64,000 bases of DNA from Bacillota bacterium (GCA_021324255.1 JAJPJL010000083.1:9291-73290), one strand, 5' to 3'. Shown: positions 18,730 to 28,511, counted from the first letter of the stretch. Translations and numbers: made by a program. The notes: generated from the letters alone by a model not told the origin.

Positions 18730-19521
18730 CTACATCATGGCGCGCGTCGCGCCGCCGTCGATCAGGATCGTCGTCCCGGTGATGTAGCTCGCCAGATCCG
18801 ACGCGAGAAACACCGCCATGTTGGCGAACTCGCGTGTGTCGCCGTACCGCCCGGCGGGAATCGCAGCCATGGCCTCCCGCTCGACGGCCTCGGGCGTCTT
18901 CCCGGTCGCCTTCGCGACCGCTTCGTCGACGGCTCTGGTGCGATCCGTGCGGATGCGGCCGGGGGCGAGATTGTTGACCAGAATCTTGTGCGGCGCCAGC
19001 TCGAACGACAACGTCTTCGTGAGCGCGACGACGCCGGACCGGAACACGTTGCTCAGGATCAGCTGCGGGATCGGCACCTTGACCCCGGAGGTGATCACCG
19101 TCACGATGCGGCCGCTGCCCTGGGCCTTCATCGGCTCGACCGCGCCGCGGATCAACCGGACGGCGCTCATCAAGTTTTGCTGGAACGCCTGCTCCCACTG
19201 CGCGTCCGTCAAGACGAGGCCCGAGCCCGCGGGCGGCCCGCCCGCGTTCACCACGAGGATGTTCAGCCGGCCGAACTCCGTGCGCGCCGTTTCCAGGAGC
19301 CGCTCCACGCCCTCCGGGCGCGACACGTCGGCGGCCACGCCGATGGCCCGCCGGTCGGTCGAGGTGGCGACCTCGTCGGCCGCGCGGCGGATCGCATCCT
19401 CACGCCGGCTGCCCATGATCACGTCCGCACCGGCCTCGGCCAGGCCTTGCGCGATCGCGCGTCCGATGCCGGCGCTCGCTCCCGACACGATCGCAACGCG
19501 CCCAGACAGGTCGATCTCCAT
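18730..19521 (-). CDS. Short-chain dehydrogenase/reductase family protein (non-canonical catalytic region)
   Basis: 263 aa. Cofactor motif VSGASAGIGRA, then NAGG. Where YxxxK is expected the sequence reads SNVFRSGVVALTK. Confidence 0.8.
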   Translation of the reverse strand: MEIDLSGRVAIVSGASAGIGRAIAQGLAEAGADVIMGSRREDAIRRAADEVATSTDRRAIGVAADVSRPEGVERLLETARTEFGRLNILVVNAGGPPAGSGLVLTDAQWEQAFQQNLMSAVRLIRGAVEPMKAQGSGRIVTVITSGVKVPIPQLILSNVFRSGVVALTKTLSFELAPHKILVNNLAPGRIRTDRTRAVDEAVAKATGKTPEAVEREAMAAIPAGRYGDTREFANMAVFLASDLASYITGTTILIDGGATRAMM

Positions 19522-19771
19522 CCCGCGCCTCCCTCCGGCGGTTCAGGCGCGTCTGTCCCCCGGCCCATCCGGTCGCTCTCCGCATCGACGACGCGCCCCC
19601 GAGTCGTTCCACCGCACCGCATTCGAGTTCGGGCGCGCTCTTCTCCTCCGACCCCGGTCGCCCGCGCCGGCGCGGTACGATCACGGCTCGACTCGCCGGC
19701 CGCGCGGTCGTGCAGGATTTTGCCTCGTGGTCTCGGAACACGCAATTTGGGGAACAACTAGAGACCGGCCC

Positions 19772-21247
19772 ATGCATCGCAGACACTCGACGCAGCCGTT
19801 TGTGCTGGCCATGACCCCGGCGCGATTCCGCCGCGCGATCTGCCTCGCGGTGGTGGTTGGGCTCACGGCGGGTCGCGTGCCCGTCGGGCTCGCGCAGACG
19901 ATCTCCATCCCGTTCCCGGCGCCGTCACAGCCGGGTCCTACGCCGCCCCCACCGTCTCAGCCCGGCCCGTCGCAACCGGCGCCGTCCCAACCCGGCCCGT
20001 CGCAACCGGCGCCATCCCAACCCGCGCCCGTGCCGCTGCAGCCGTCACCGGAGCCGTCGCCGGCCGTGCCCGGGCCGTCGAGTAAGTCCTCCGGGCCGGT
20101 GCAGGTGGCCGTCACCGGCGCGCCCGCGCCTGTGGACACGGTCCGTCTCGGCATCGAGACGGCGGTCCGGGAGATCATCCCGGCGGCGCGCGACGCGGAG
20201 GTCACGGTGGTGTCCGCCGTGCCGGCGCTGGCCCCGCTGGATCCCTCGACTAACGCCGCGGTCCAGGCGACCGTGCAGGTCACTTCACCGGCGCGGCGGC
20301 CGCAGCTGATGACGCTGCCCGTCGCCGTGACGAATGTCGCGGCGCGGTGGCCGGACGCGCAGGTGCTCTTCGTCAGCAACAGCCCCGAGACGCTGCCGTT
20401 CGGCAAGGTGCTCTACAACGCCGCCCTGCTTGGCGGGCAGACCGCCCGGCTGCTCTACCATCACCAGAACGGCTCGAAGATCGCCCGCATGACGATCGAG
20501 GTGGCGCTGAGCAACCCCACGCGGTCGCCGATCACGCTCTGGGTCAACGGGGCGAGCGGCGGGCCGGCCGCGGACGAGCTGCTCATCGGGCACGCGGCCG
20601 CGTTTCGCTTCCTCGAGCAGTACGCGACGCACGCGGCGTTTCTGATGCAGATCCCGGCGAACACCACCGTACCGCTCCTGGTGCACGACCTGCCCCCGCT
20701 CGGGGTGGTCAGCGGCATCGTCCAGCTCGGCCTCGTCACGGGCGACCGGCTGAACCTCCAGGTCTTCGCCCGGCTCGCCGGCGAGATGGACCCGCCGACC
20801 GAGAGCTTCATGTCCGACTTCGACAATGTGCACCAGCGGGGTGCGTTTGCCAACCCGCAGCTCACGCGGTCCGTGAGCTTTGCGGCGGGCGGACCGCCCG
20901 TCATCATGACGCTCGGCGGCGACGCCGACCTGCTGCGGGAGGGCGCGACCGGAACGCAACTGCAGGGCAACTACGGAGTGGTGTACAACTTCGACGTGCA
21001 CGCGACGAACCCGACGTCCGATCCCGTCGTCGCCTCGCTCGTCATGCACGCCGACGGCGGTCAGGCTCGGGGCACGTTCATCGTGGACAACCAGCTCATC
21101 AACGGCCCGACGGTGCAGCCGAACGCGCCAAAGACGATCACGACGATCAAGCTCATGCCGGGAACGGACCGAACCTTCCGCATCACCACGATGCCGGAGA
21201 GCGGCTCCAACTACCCCGTCCACCTCCTGCTCGGCCCGCCGCCGTAG
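19772..21247 (+). CDS. Secreted hypothetical protein: signal peptide, Pro/Ser/Gln-rich tandem-repeat linker, ~380-aa domain of unknown function
   Basis: Within ORF 18818..21247; upstream of 19772 the frame is antisense to the SDR gene. ATG 19772 or ATG 19811. Hydrophobic h-region AICLAVVVGLTAG followed by GLAQT. PSQPGPSQPAPSQPG... repeats. The remainder is beta-rich with no motif I recognise. Confidence 0.6.
   Translation: MHRRHSTQPFVLAMTPARFRRAICLAVVVGLTAGRVPVGLAQTISIPFPAPSQPGPTPPPPSQPGPSQPAPSQPGPSQPAPSQPAPVPLQPSPEPSPAVPGPSSKSSGPVQVAVTGAPAPVDTVRLGIETAVREIIPAARDAEVTVVSAVPALAPLDPSTNAAVQATVQVTSPARRPQLMTLPVAVTNVAARWPDAQVLFVSNSPETLPFGKVLYNAALLGGQTARLLYHHQNGSKIARMTIEVALSNPTRSPITLWVNGASGGPAADELLIGHAAAFRFLEQYATHAAFLMQIPANTTVPLLVHDLPPLGVVSGIVQLGLVTGDRLNLQVFARLAGEMDPPTESFMSDFDNVHQRGAFANPQLTRSVSFAAGGPPVIMTLGGDADLLREGATGTQLQGNYGVVYNFDVHATNPTSDPVVASLVMHADGGQARGTFIVDNQLINGPTVQPNAPKTITTIKLMPGTDRTFRITTMPESGSNYPVHLLLGPPP
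19961..20020 (+). repeat. 30-nt tandem duplication (cccggcccgtcgcaaccggcgccRtcccaa x2) encoding the PGPSQPAPSQ repeat
   Basis: 19961-19990 and 19991-20020 differ at one position (19984 g vs 20014 a). Degenerate copies flank it within about 19925-20060. Confidence 0.9.
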
Positions 21248-21341
21248 GGCTCACCCCCGGCGCCATCGCGTTTCCCGGGTCCGGGCGGCGCACGTGCGCC
21301 GCGCGCTGCGGGGATGCGGCGCCGCGCTGGACCCGCGCGTG

Positions 21342-22808
21342 TTACGGGAGCGGGACGTACGTTTCCGAGGCGCCCTGTCCCACCCAGGCGAACGGACGGC
21401 CGTCCACCACGCCGCTCGCGCGGGCGGTTGTCCGCAACTGCAAAAACACCCGATGTGGCGGCGGGGACGACGGGGTCGACGCGCCGAGCGGCACGCTGCC
21501 GAGCGCATCCCAGACCGCGAGGCGCACGCGCACGCGGTCGGGCCCGCTCCTCGCATCGATCGTCACCTCGCTCGGGGCGCGCGCGGTGCGGCCGCGCACC
21601 GTCGGTCCCGGGCGCCACCCGCTGTAGGTCAACCGTGTGACATCGAAGGCGCCGACCAAGCCTCCCGCACCCGAGGGCCGCGGCCCTCGCGCCCACAGAA
21701 ACAGCACCGCGGGCCGCGTCGCCGCGGCGCCGGTCCCCGCCGCGTGGAGCGCGCCGTAGAGGACGGACCCTGTCGGGCCGGACGCCTCGCCCCAGTCCCA
21801 GGTCACGCCGCGCCAGGTCCCCCAGTTGTGATCGTGGTACCCGGGTACGCCGCGGAGGCGGAGCGACCGCCCGTCTACGGTGATGGTGCCCGAGAGAGAC
21901 CCGCGGAGCACCGGCACGACGTAGCCCGAGCGCACGGCGCTCTCGTCGGTCTCGGCCGGCGGGAGATAAAACCCGGGGTCCGGCACGAGCGTGAGGTCCG
22001 CCCGAAGGCGCGCGGCGCGCACAACGACGCCGTAGTGACCCGCGTCCACCGACACGCGCGCCGGGCCGATGCGCTGCGCGGCCGACGTCTCCGAGAGATC
22101 ATGGGGACCGATCACCGCCGGCAGGGCCACGTCGGTGACCGGCCGCCCCGGCCGGCGAAGCCGGAAGAGCACCGCGCCTCGCCCGCTGCCGCCGGCGAGG
22201 AGCGTCAGGTAGCCGTACGTCCGCGATCGCGGGTCGATGAACGTGAAGTAATCCCACTCCGCCCAGGCCGCCCGCTCCGCCGCGCCGGGCGCGTGAAACC
22301 GGTCGATCCTGTTGTACAGCGCGTCGGAACTCCGCGCGAGCCATGCGCGGTCGGACGCGGCGTCCGCGGCGCCGGGGACGGCGTCGTGCGCGCCGGCCGC
22401 CCGGTCGAGCGAGGGAACGCCGGCCGACGCGACGGCGGCCGCGACGCGGCCCCCCGAGCGCACGTAGATCTGCCGGTCCCGGAGCTGCGGCGCGGCGGCG
22501 GCGACCATGCGCTCGAACCGCGGTCCCGCCAGGACGTCCTGGACGAGGAACGCGGCGTTCGGGATCGAGAAGTACAGTCCCGTCACGCCGTTGACCTTGA
22601 GCACCGCCGGGTCCACGCCCGTGGGCAGCAGGACGACGTCGCCGCCGGCTGCGAGGTTCGGATCACGCGCCTGGGCCAGCAGCGCCTCCCCGACCGACAG
22701 CAGCGCGATCATGACGGCCACACCCATGCCGTAGCCGAGCAGCAACAGCCCGGCTCGCCACGGACGATCGGCCAGGCCCCGCCACGCCAGCAGCCACGCG
22801 ACGCGCAT
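21342..22808 (-). CDS. Membrane-anchored protein: FtsX/MacB-style N-terminal TM helix and periplasmic segment fused to a CrtC/AttH-like (lipocalin-type) domain
   Basis: Within ORF 21342..23372. ATG 22808 forms an ATGA overlap with the ABC ATPase stop. The N-terminus WRGLADRPWRAGLLLLGYGMGVAVMIALLSVGEALL looks like FtsX TM1. No further TM segment follows. AEWDYFTF and GYHDHNWGTWRGVTWDWG resemble CrtC/AttH-family motifs (recalled from memory, not searched). Confidence 0.55.
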   Translation of the reverse strand: MRVAWLLAWRGLADRPWRAGLLLLGYGMGVAVMIALLSVGEALLAQARDPNLAAGGDVVLLPTGVDPAVLKVNGVTGLYFSIPNAAFLVQDVLAGPRFERMVAAAAPQLRDRQIYVRSGGRVAAAVASAGVPSLDRAAGAHDAVPGAADAASDRAWLARSSDALYNRIDRFHAPGAAERAAWAEWDYFTFIDPRSRTYGYLTLLAGGSGRGAVLFRLRRPGRPVTDVALPAVIGPHDLSETSAAQRIGPARVSVDAGHYGVVVRAARLRADLTLVPDPGFYLPPAETDESAVRSGYVVPVLRGSLSGTITVDGRSLRLRGVPGYHDHNWGTWRGVTWDWGEASGPTGSVLYGALHAAGTGAAATRPAVLFLWARGPRPSGAGGLVGAFDVTRLTYSGWRPGPTVRGRTARAPSEVTIDARSGPDRVRVRLAVWDALGSVPLGASTPSSPPPHRVFLQLRTTARASGVVDGRPFAWVGQGASETYVPLP

Positions 22809-23506
22809 CACGTGATGACGCCGTCCTTCATCCGCACCTGGCGGCCCGCGAGCGCGGCGAGCTCCGGGTTGTGCGTCACGACGACGACCGCGAGCCCCTC
22901 CGCGCTCAACTCGCGGAGCAGCGTCCCGATCTCGCGGCCGGTCGCCTCGTCCAGCTCTCCCGTCGGTTCGTCCGCGAGGAGGATCCGGGGCCGATTCGCG
23001 AGCGCCCGGGCGATCGCCACGCGCTGCATCTCCCCGCCGCTCAACTCTCCGGGGCGGTGGCGAAGCCGCGCCGCGAGCCCCACGCGCGCCAGCAGCGCCC
23101 GCGCCCGCGCGCGCCGCTCGCCCGCCGGCACCCCGGCTTCGATCATGGGCAGGAGCACGTTTTCTTCCGCGGTGAGCATCGGCAGCAGGAAGAACCGCTG
23201 AAACACAAACCCGATGTGCCTGAGCCGCAACGCGGCCAGGGCGGCATCGCTCATCGCCGAGGTGCGGCGGCCGAGGATCGTGACCGCGCCCGCCGTGGGC
23301 ACGTCGACCCCGCCGAGGACGTGCAGGAGGGTGGACTTGCCGCAGCCGCTCGGGCCCAGGATGGCGAGGCACCGGTTCGGCTCGACGTCGAGGCTCACGC
23401 CGCGCAGCGCGCGGACGGCGCCGCCCGGCATCCGGTAGTCCTTGGTCACGTCCCGCGCTTCGATCACGGCGCCGGGCGCGCGGACCGGCGCCACCTCGGC
23501 CGTCAC
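22808..23506 (-). CDS. ABC transporter ATP-binding protein (MacB/LolD-type)
   Basis: 232 aa. Walker A GPSGCGKST, signature LSGGEMQRV, Walker B LLADEPTGELD. Confidence 0.9.
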   Translation of the reverse strand: MTAEVAPVRAPGAVIEARDVTKDYRMPGGAVRALRGVSLDVEPNRCLAILGPSGCGKSTLLHVLGGVDVPTAGAVTILGRRTSAMSDAALAALRLRHIGFVFQRFFLLPMLTAEENVLLPMIEAGVPAGERRARARALLARVGLAARLRHRPGELSGGEMQRVAIARALANRPRILLADEPTGELDEATGREIGTLLRELSAEGLAVVVVTHNPELAALAGRQVRMKDGVIT

Positions 23507-24726
23507 GACTGCACCTCCGCGTGCAGCGTTGGCGCGATGCCGAGGCGGACCGCCACCGCGGCGGGATAGACCCCGCCGGCCGCGCCGGTCACGAGCAGCA
23601 TCGCCGCCGTCCGGGCCGCCGCGCCCGGGCCGAACGTGAAGAAGTGCAGGCTCTCGGGCACGCCGGGCGCCCCGCGCAAAATGGCGTCGAGGGGGCCGCT
23701 CAGCCCCAGGCCCAGCGCGAACGCGCCCGGGAGGCTGAGCGCGCTCAAGATCACGCCCTCCAGGACGACGAGCGCGCCCACACGGAACCGCGTCATGCCG
23801 AGCGCGCGCAGCATGGCGATCTCCCCGAGCCGTTCGCCCAGCGACAGCGTGACGATCGACGTGACGAGCAGAAAGGACACGAGCAGGCTGAGGGTGCTCA
23901 GGATCGCGGCAAACTGGTTGAAGTACGTGAGCCGCGCGCCCGCCCGGGCGATGAACCGGCCGATGGTCAGCGCATCGACCCGCGGCTCCCGCGCGCCGAT
24001 CCAGGCCGCGATGCCGCCCGCCCGCGCCGGGTCGGACACGCGCACCAGGATGAGCGACGCCCCGCCCGGAGCCATGGCGCGCACCCGCCGCAGATCCCCG
24101 GTCCGGAGGGCCATGGACCGCTGGGTCGCCAGGTCGACGTAGAAGTCCGCCACGCCGGTGACGCGCGCTCGCACCGCCCCGGACGGCCCGGTGACGCCGC
24201 GCGCCGGCGCCCCCGCCACGACGACCGTATCGCCGATGCGCACGCCGTCGAGCCGGACCATGTTTTCGTTCACGACGATCGGGATCGGGCCGCCGTCCCC
24301 TTCCGGGTCGTCCGCGGCGCCGCCGGGGAGGTCGCGGCCGGCGAGCATGCCGTACACGCCCGTACCGCCGCGCGGCACGCCGACCGCGAACGAGGCGAAC
24401 GCCGCCCCGCCGCGGCGCACGTACACGTTGGTCGCCAGGACGGGGACCGCGGCGGCGACGCCCGGGCGGGACGCGATGGCCGCGGCCAGACCGTCGCCGT
24501 CCGGAATCTGCGCGTCGCCGGAGAACGGGAGCGTGCCCTTGGGGACGACGCGGATGGCAAAGCCGAGCCGGCTCAGCAGCTGGCCCAGGCTCGCCTGCAA
24601 CCCGCCCGAGAGCATCGTCATGTCGAGCAGCAGCGCGCCCGTCACGCCGAGGCCGAGAATCACGAGCGCCGTGCGCACGGGATTGCGGCGCAGCGTGCGC
24701 CAGGCGAGAAACGACAGCGCCGCCAT
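23503..24726 (-). CDS. ABC transporter permease, FtsX/MacB family (full length, large periplasmic domain)
   Basis: 407 aa. N-terminal TM (RTALVILGLGVTGALLL), ~220-aa extracytoplasmic region, and a C-terminal three-TM FtsX domain. 4-nt overlap with the ATPase gene. Confidence 0.85.
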   Translation of the reverse strand: MAALSFLAWRTLRRNPVRTALVILGLGVTGALLLDMTMLSGGLQASLGQLLSRLGFAIRVVPKGTLPFSGDAQIPDGDGLAAAIASRPGVAAAVPVLATNVYVRRGGAAFASFAVGVPRGGTGVYGMLAGRDLPGGAADDPEGDGGPIPIVVNENMVRLDGVRIGDTVVVAGAPARGVTGPSGAVRARVTGVADFYVDLATQRSMALRTGDLRRVRAMAPGGASLILVRVSDPARAGGIAAWIGAREPRVDALTIGRFIARAGARLTYFNQFAAILSTLSLLVSFLLVTSIVTLSLGERLGEIAMLRALGMTRFRVGALVVLEGVILSALSLPGAFALGLGLSGPLDAILRGAPGVPESLHFFTFGPGAAARTAAMLLVTGAAGGVYPAAVAVRLGIAPTLHAEVQS

Positions 24727-24733
24727 CGCGGGG

Positions 24734-25594
24734 CTACCGGCCGAGCTGCTCCCGCGCCGGGCGCCGAAGGAGGCGCCAGGCCGTGGCCGCGCCGGCGGCG
24801 AGGCCGATGAGCACGGAGAGCCCGACGGCCTCCGCCAGGACCGGCCAGGTGATCGCCGAGAACACGAGCGGGGTGTCGAACAGGCGGCGGTAGTAGAGAT
24901 TGATGGCGGCGGAGAGCGCGTAGCCCAGCCCCACGCCGGCGAGGCTGCCGGCTGCCGCCACCGCGGCGGCGATCAACAGCAGGGACACGGCGATACTGCG
25001 CCGCGAGATGCCGACGAGCCGCATCACCCCGACGTGGCGCCGCAGCTCCTCACCGCGCAGCGTCATGATGGTGAGGAGGAAGATGCTGCTGGCCAGCAGC
25101 GTGACCACGCTGATCGCGCGGTGAAAGCGCGCGATCACCTCGAACGTGCTCGACCCTTGCGCCGCCACCTCGTCCGACGTATAGGCGCGGAAACCGAGCG
25201 GCAGCGTGTTGAGCCGGGCCGCCACCTCCTCGGGCCGCACGCCCGGCCGGACGCGCACGACGACGCTGTCCACGCTGTCGCCCGCGCCGTCGAGCGCCTC
25301 GAGATCCGTAAGGTGCAGGCGCAGGTCCACGCGCGTGCGGGAGATCTCCGTGGGGTACTCGGGCGGCTGGTAGACGTGCGCGACACGGAACGCGCGCCAC
25401 GGCCCGGCCGCCGTTCGCGCGACCTCGACCACGTCGCCCTGCCGTACGCCGAGCAGGCGCGCCGCCCGGTCCGTGAGCGCCAGCGACGGCGGCGGCTCCG
25501 GCCCGCGGCGCGCGGCGAGCCCGGGTTGAGCGGCGAGCCCCGCGGCCAGCGCCGCCACGAGCCACCCCATCGCCGAGCGCCGGGTCCACCGCAT
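24734..25594 (-). CDS. ABC transporter permease, FtsX family (short form)
   Basis: 286 aa. N-terminal hydrophobic segment, ~130-aa extracytoplasmic region, and a C-terminal FtsX-type TM bundle (RLVGISRRSIAVSLLLIAA...). 7 nt upstream of the next permease gene. Confidence 0.8.
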   Translation of the reverse strand: MRWTRRSAMGWLVAALAAGLAAQPGLAARRGPEPPPSLALTDRAARLLGVRQGDVVEVARTAAGPWRAFRVAHVYQPPEYPTEISRTRVDLRLHLTDLEALDGAGDSVDSVVVRVRPGVRPEEVAARLNTLPLGFRAYTSDEVAAQGSSTFEVIARFHRAISVVTLLASSIFLLTIMTLRGEELRRHVGVMRLVGISRRSIAVSLLLIAAAVAAAGSLAGVGLGYALSAAINLYYRRLFDTPLVFSAITWPVLAEAVGLSVLIGLAAGAATAWRLLRRPAREQLGR

Positions 25595-25654
25595 ACGCCT
25601 ATGATAGCAAGGTGGCCTGTCCGTGTTCGGAGGCGCGCGCCCCCCCGGCGGCCG

Positions 25655-26164
25655 CTACGGCCCGGTCGAACCGCCCTGCTCCGCGGCCGCTCGCAGGGGG
25701 CCCGCGAGGCGATCGTACGTCACGGTGAGGTCTTCCGGCAGCACCTTGACGTCGCCCAGCACCGGCATGAAGTTGGTGTCGCCGACCCAGCGCGGGACCA
25801 CGTGGATGTGCAGGTGGTCATCGATGCCCGCCCCGGCGGCGCGCCCGAGGTTCATGCCGATGTTGAACCCTTCGGGGCGGTACACCTCGGTGATCGCCCG
25901 GATGGACGCCGTCATCAGGTGAAACAGCTCGAGCCGCTCCGGCGCGGTCAGCGCCTCGGGGCGCGCCACGTGCCGGCGCGGCACCACCATCAGGTGGCTG
26001 GAGTTGTACGGAAACGCGTTGAGGATGACGAAGGCGTCCCGCCCCTGGAGCAGCACGCCGTGCTCACGATCACGACCCTCGGCGGGCAGGGTGCAAAAAA
26101 TGCATCCCTCGGTCCTGGCCGTCTTCATGTACTGGAGCCTCCACGGCGCCCACAGCTGCTTCAC
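25655..26164 (-). CDS. HIT family protein (Ap4A phosphorylase / GalT-like subgroup)
   Basis: 169 aa. Histidine triad DDHLHIHVVPRW. N-terminal WAPWR...CIFC is typical of this subgroup. GTG start forms a GTGA overlap with the rnc stop. Confidence 0.85.
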   Translation of the reverse strand: MKQLWAPWRLQYMKTARTEGCIFCTLPAEGRDREHGVLLQGRDAFVILNAFPYNSSHLMVVPRRHVARPEALTAPERLELFHLMTASIRAITEVYRPEGFNIGMNLGRAAGAGIDDHLHIHVVPRWVGDTNFMPVLGDVKVLPEDLTVTYDRLAGPLRAAAEQGGSTGP

Positions 26165-26907
26165 CCGGCCTGTCCCCGCCGCACCTGAACGAGCGCCTGC
26201 TCGGCCGCCGCCTGCTCCGCTTCTTTCTTGCTGCGGCCCCGGCCCTCGCCGAGCGTGCGCCCGCCGACCTCGACGACCGCGACGAAGACGCGGCTGTGGT
26301 CCGGCCCTTCCTGGCCGGTGATGCGGTACCGCGGCAACCGGCGCTCGCGTTGCTGGATCAACTCCTGGAGCTGGCTCTTGTAATCGCCCTCCCCCGGCTC
26401 CTCGAGCCGGGCCAGGTCCTCGGCAAACCAGCGCATCACGCAGTGGTGCGCCACGCCGTAGCCCGAATCGACGTAGACCGCGCCGACGACGGCTTCGATC
26501 GCGTCCGCGAGCAGCGACGCCCGGCTGCGCCCGCCGCCCTTCTCCTCGCCCCGGCCGAGCACGAGGTAGCGCCCGAGGTCGAGCGACCGCGCGACGTGGG
26601 CCAGCGGCCCCTCGCTGACGACCGCGGCGCGCAGCCGCGCCAGGTCGCCCTCGAGCCGCGTCGGAAACATCCGGTAGAGATGGTCGCTGACGGCGAGGTT
26701 GAGCACCGCGTCGCCGAGAAACTCGAGGCGTTCGTAGTTGTCGCCGTGGCGGCTGCGGGCGTCGGTTCCCACGGATCCGTGCACGAGCGCGGTGTGCAGC
26801 AACGCCCGGTCGCGGAATCGCACGTCCAGCTTGGCTTCGAGCTCCCGCAGCTGGGCGTCACGCTCCGGGGACAGCTCCGCGCCGCCGTTCTCGGCGTGGA
26901 CGTTCAC
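26161..26907 (-). CDS. rnc: Ribonuclease III
   Basis: Within ORF 26161..27084. GTG 26907 chosen (GTGA overlap with the fabF stop). RNase III signature [11 protein letters not shown] and a dsRBD ending [18 protein letters not shown]. Confidence 0.85.
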   Translation of the reverse strand: MNVHAENGGAELSPERDAQLRELEAKLDVRFRDRALLHTALVHGSVGTDARSRHGDNYERLEFLGDAVLNLAVSDHLYRMFPTRLEGDLARLRAAVVSEGPLAHVARSLDLGRYLVLGRGEEKGGGRSRASLLADAIEAVVGAVYVDSGYGVAHHCVMRWFAEDLARLEEPGEGDYKSQLQELIQQRERRLPRYRITGQEGPDHSRVFVAVVEVGGRTLGEGRGRSKKEAEQAAAEQALVQVRRGQAG

Positions 26908-28163
26908 GGCCTCCGCACGACCAGAATGGCGTTGTGGCCGCCGAACCCGAACGCGTTCGACATGGCGACATGGACCGCGGCGGGCCGGGGCGCGTTCGGC
27001 ACGTAGTCGAGATCGCAGTCCGGGTCCGGGACCTCGTAATTGATCGTCGGCGGGACGCGCTTGCGGTCGATCGCGAGCGCGCACGCGATCAGCTCGATGC
27101 CGCCGGCGGCGCCCAGCAGATGCCCGGTCATGGACTTCGTCGAGCTCACCGGGATACGCTTCGCGTCGCCGCCGAACACGCGCTTCAGCGCGAGGGTCTC
27201 AAACTTGTCGTTGTACGGGGTACTCGTGCCGTGGGCGTTGACGTAGTCCACCTCCGACGGGTCCACGCCGGCGTCGGCGAGCGCCGTCCGGATCGCCAGC
27301 ACCGCGCCGTCGCCCTCCGGGTCGGGCTGGGTGATGTGGTAGGCATCCGCGCTCATGCCGTATCCGGCAAGCTCCGCGTAAATCCGCGCGCCGCGGCGCT
27401 CCGCCTGGTCCCATGCCTCCAGGAGCACGATGCCCGCGCCCTCCCCCATGACGAAGCCGTCGCGCCCGGCGTCGAACGGGCGGCATGCGCGGGCCGGAGC
27501 CTCGTTGCGGGTGCTGAGCGCCTTCATGGAACAGAACCCGGCGAGGCTGAGCGGGGTGATCGCGGCCTCCGAGCCGCCGCAGATCATGGCGTCGGCGTCG
27601 CCGTGCTGGATGATGCGGGCCGCCTCGCCGACGGCATGGCCTCCGGTGGCGCACGCCGACACCACCGAAAAGTTGGGGCCGCGGGCCCCGACCTGCATGC
27701 TGACCGCCCCGGACGCCATGTTGATGATCATCATCGGGGCGAAAAACGGACTCACGCGGTCCGGGCCGCGCTCGCGAAGAATCTGGTGCTGCTCCTCCCA
27801 CGTGTGCGCCCCGCCGATGCCCGAGCCGATGACGACGCCGACCCGGTCGCGGTTCGCCGCGGAGATCGCGAAGCCGGCGTCCTCGAGCGCGAGCCGCGTG
27901 GCCGCGATCGCGAGGTGGACGAAGCGGTCGTTGCGGCGCACCTCTTTGCGATCGAGGTACGCGGCCGGGTCGAAGTCGGTCACTTCCGCCGCGATCTGGC
28001 ACGTGAACGCGCCGGGATCGAAGGACGCGATCCGGCGGACGCCCGACCGTCCCTCCATGAGCGCGTTCCAGAACGCGTCCTTGCCCGTGCCGATCGGGCT
28101 GACGACACCGAGTCCCGTGACCGCCACCCGCCGGCGCCCCGCGGGCCCGGTTCCCGGCATCAC
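26904..28163 (-). CDS. fabF: Beta-ketoacyl-ACP synthase II
   Basis: 419 aa. Active-site Cys context [22 protein letters not shown], and [11 protein letters not shown]. Confidence 0.9.
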   Translation of the reverse strand: MMPGTGPAGRRRVAVTGLGVVSPIGTGKDAFWNALMEGRSGVRRIASFDPGAFTCQIAAEVTDFDPAAYLDRKEVRRNDRFVHLAIAATRLALEDAGFAISAANRDRVGVVIGSGIGGAHTWEEQHQILRERGPDRVSPFFAPMMIINMASGAVSMQVGARGPNFSVVSACATGGHAVGEAARIIQHGDADAMICGGSEAAITPLSLAGFCSMKALSTRNEAPARACRPFDAGRDGFVMGEGAGIVLLEAWDQAERRGARIYAELAGYGMSADAYHITQPDPEGDGAVLAIRTALADAGVDPSEVDYVNAHGTSTPYNDKFETLALKRVFGGDAKRIPVSSTKSMTGHLLGAAGGIELIACALAIDRKRVPPTINYEVPDPDCDLDYVPNAPRPAAVHVAMSNAFGFGGHNAILVVRRP

Positions 28164-28184
28164 CGGCTCCGCCCGGGCCCGGCG

Positions 28185-28433
28185 CTACTCCGCCGGCGCC
28201 TCGGTGTGGCTTTCAATGTACTTCACGGCCTCGCCGACCGTGGCGATCTTCTCCGCATCCTCGTCCGGGATCTCCAGGTCGAACTCCTCCTCCAGCGCCA
28301 TGACGAGCTCGACCACGTCGAGCGAGTCGGCGCCGAGATCCTCCACGAACTTGGATTGCGGCGTCACCTCGCCCGCCTCCACGCCCAACTGCTCCACGAC
28401 GATCGCCTTGACCCGATCGAACACCGCTGCCAT
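28185..28433 (-). CDS. acpP: Acyl carrier protein
   Basis: Within ORF 28185..28499. ATG 28433 chosen ([18 protein letters not shown]...). Phosphopantetheine site [11 protein letters not shown]. Confidence 0.9.
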   Translation of the reverse strand: MAAVFDRVKAIVVEQLGVEAGEVTPQSKFVEDLGADSLDVVELVMALEEEFDLEIPDEDAEKIATVGEAVKYIESHTEAPAE

Positions 28434-28511
28434 CCCGCGACCACCCCCTGAGTCTACCCCGTCCCGCGCGCGGCTCGCCTCCTTGCGCCCGCCGCGCAAT
28501 GCCCGCGCCCG

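Noticed and set aside
19925-20060. Repetitive Pro/Ser/Gln-coding DNA considered as a CRISPR-like or satellite array.
   Set aside because: The repeats are in-frame, contiguous (no spacers) and lie inside a coding region with a signal peptide. I therefore treat it as a protein linker repeat.
21287-21300. 14-nt perfect palindrome GGCGCACGTGCGCC between the convergent secreted-protein and AttH-like genes.
   Set aside because: Only 5 bp of stem remain once a minimal loop is allowed, and there is no U-tract. As an operator it would sit at the 3' ends of both genes, so there is no clear function.
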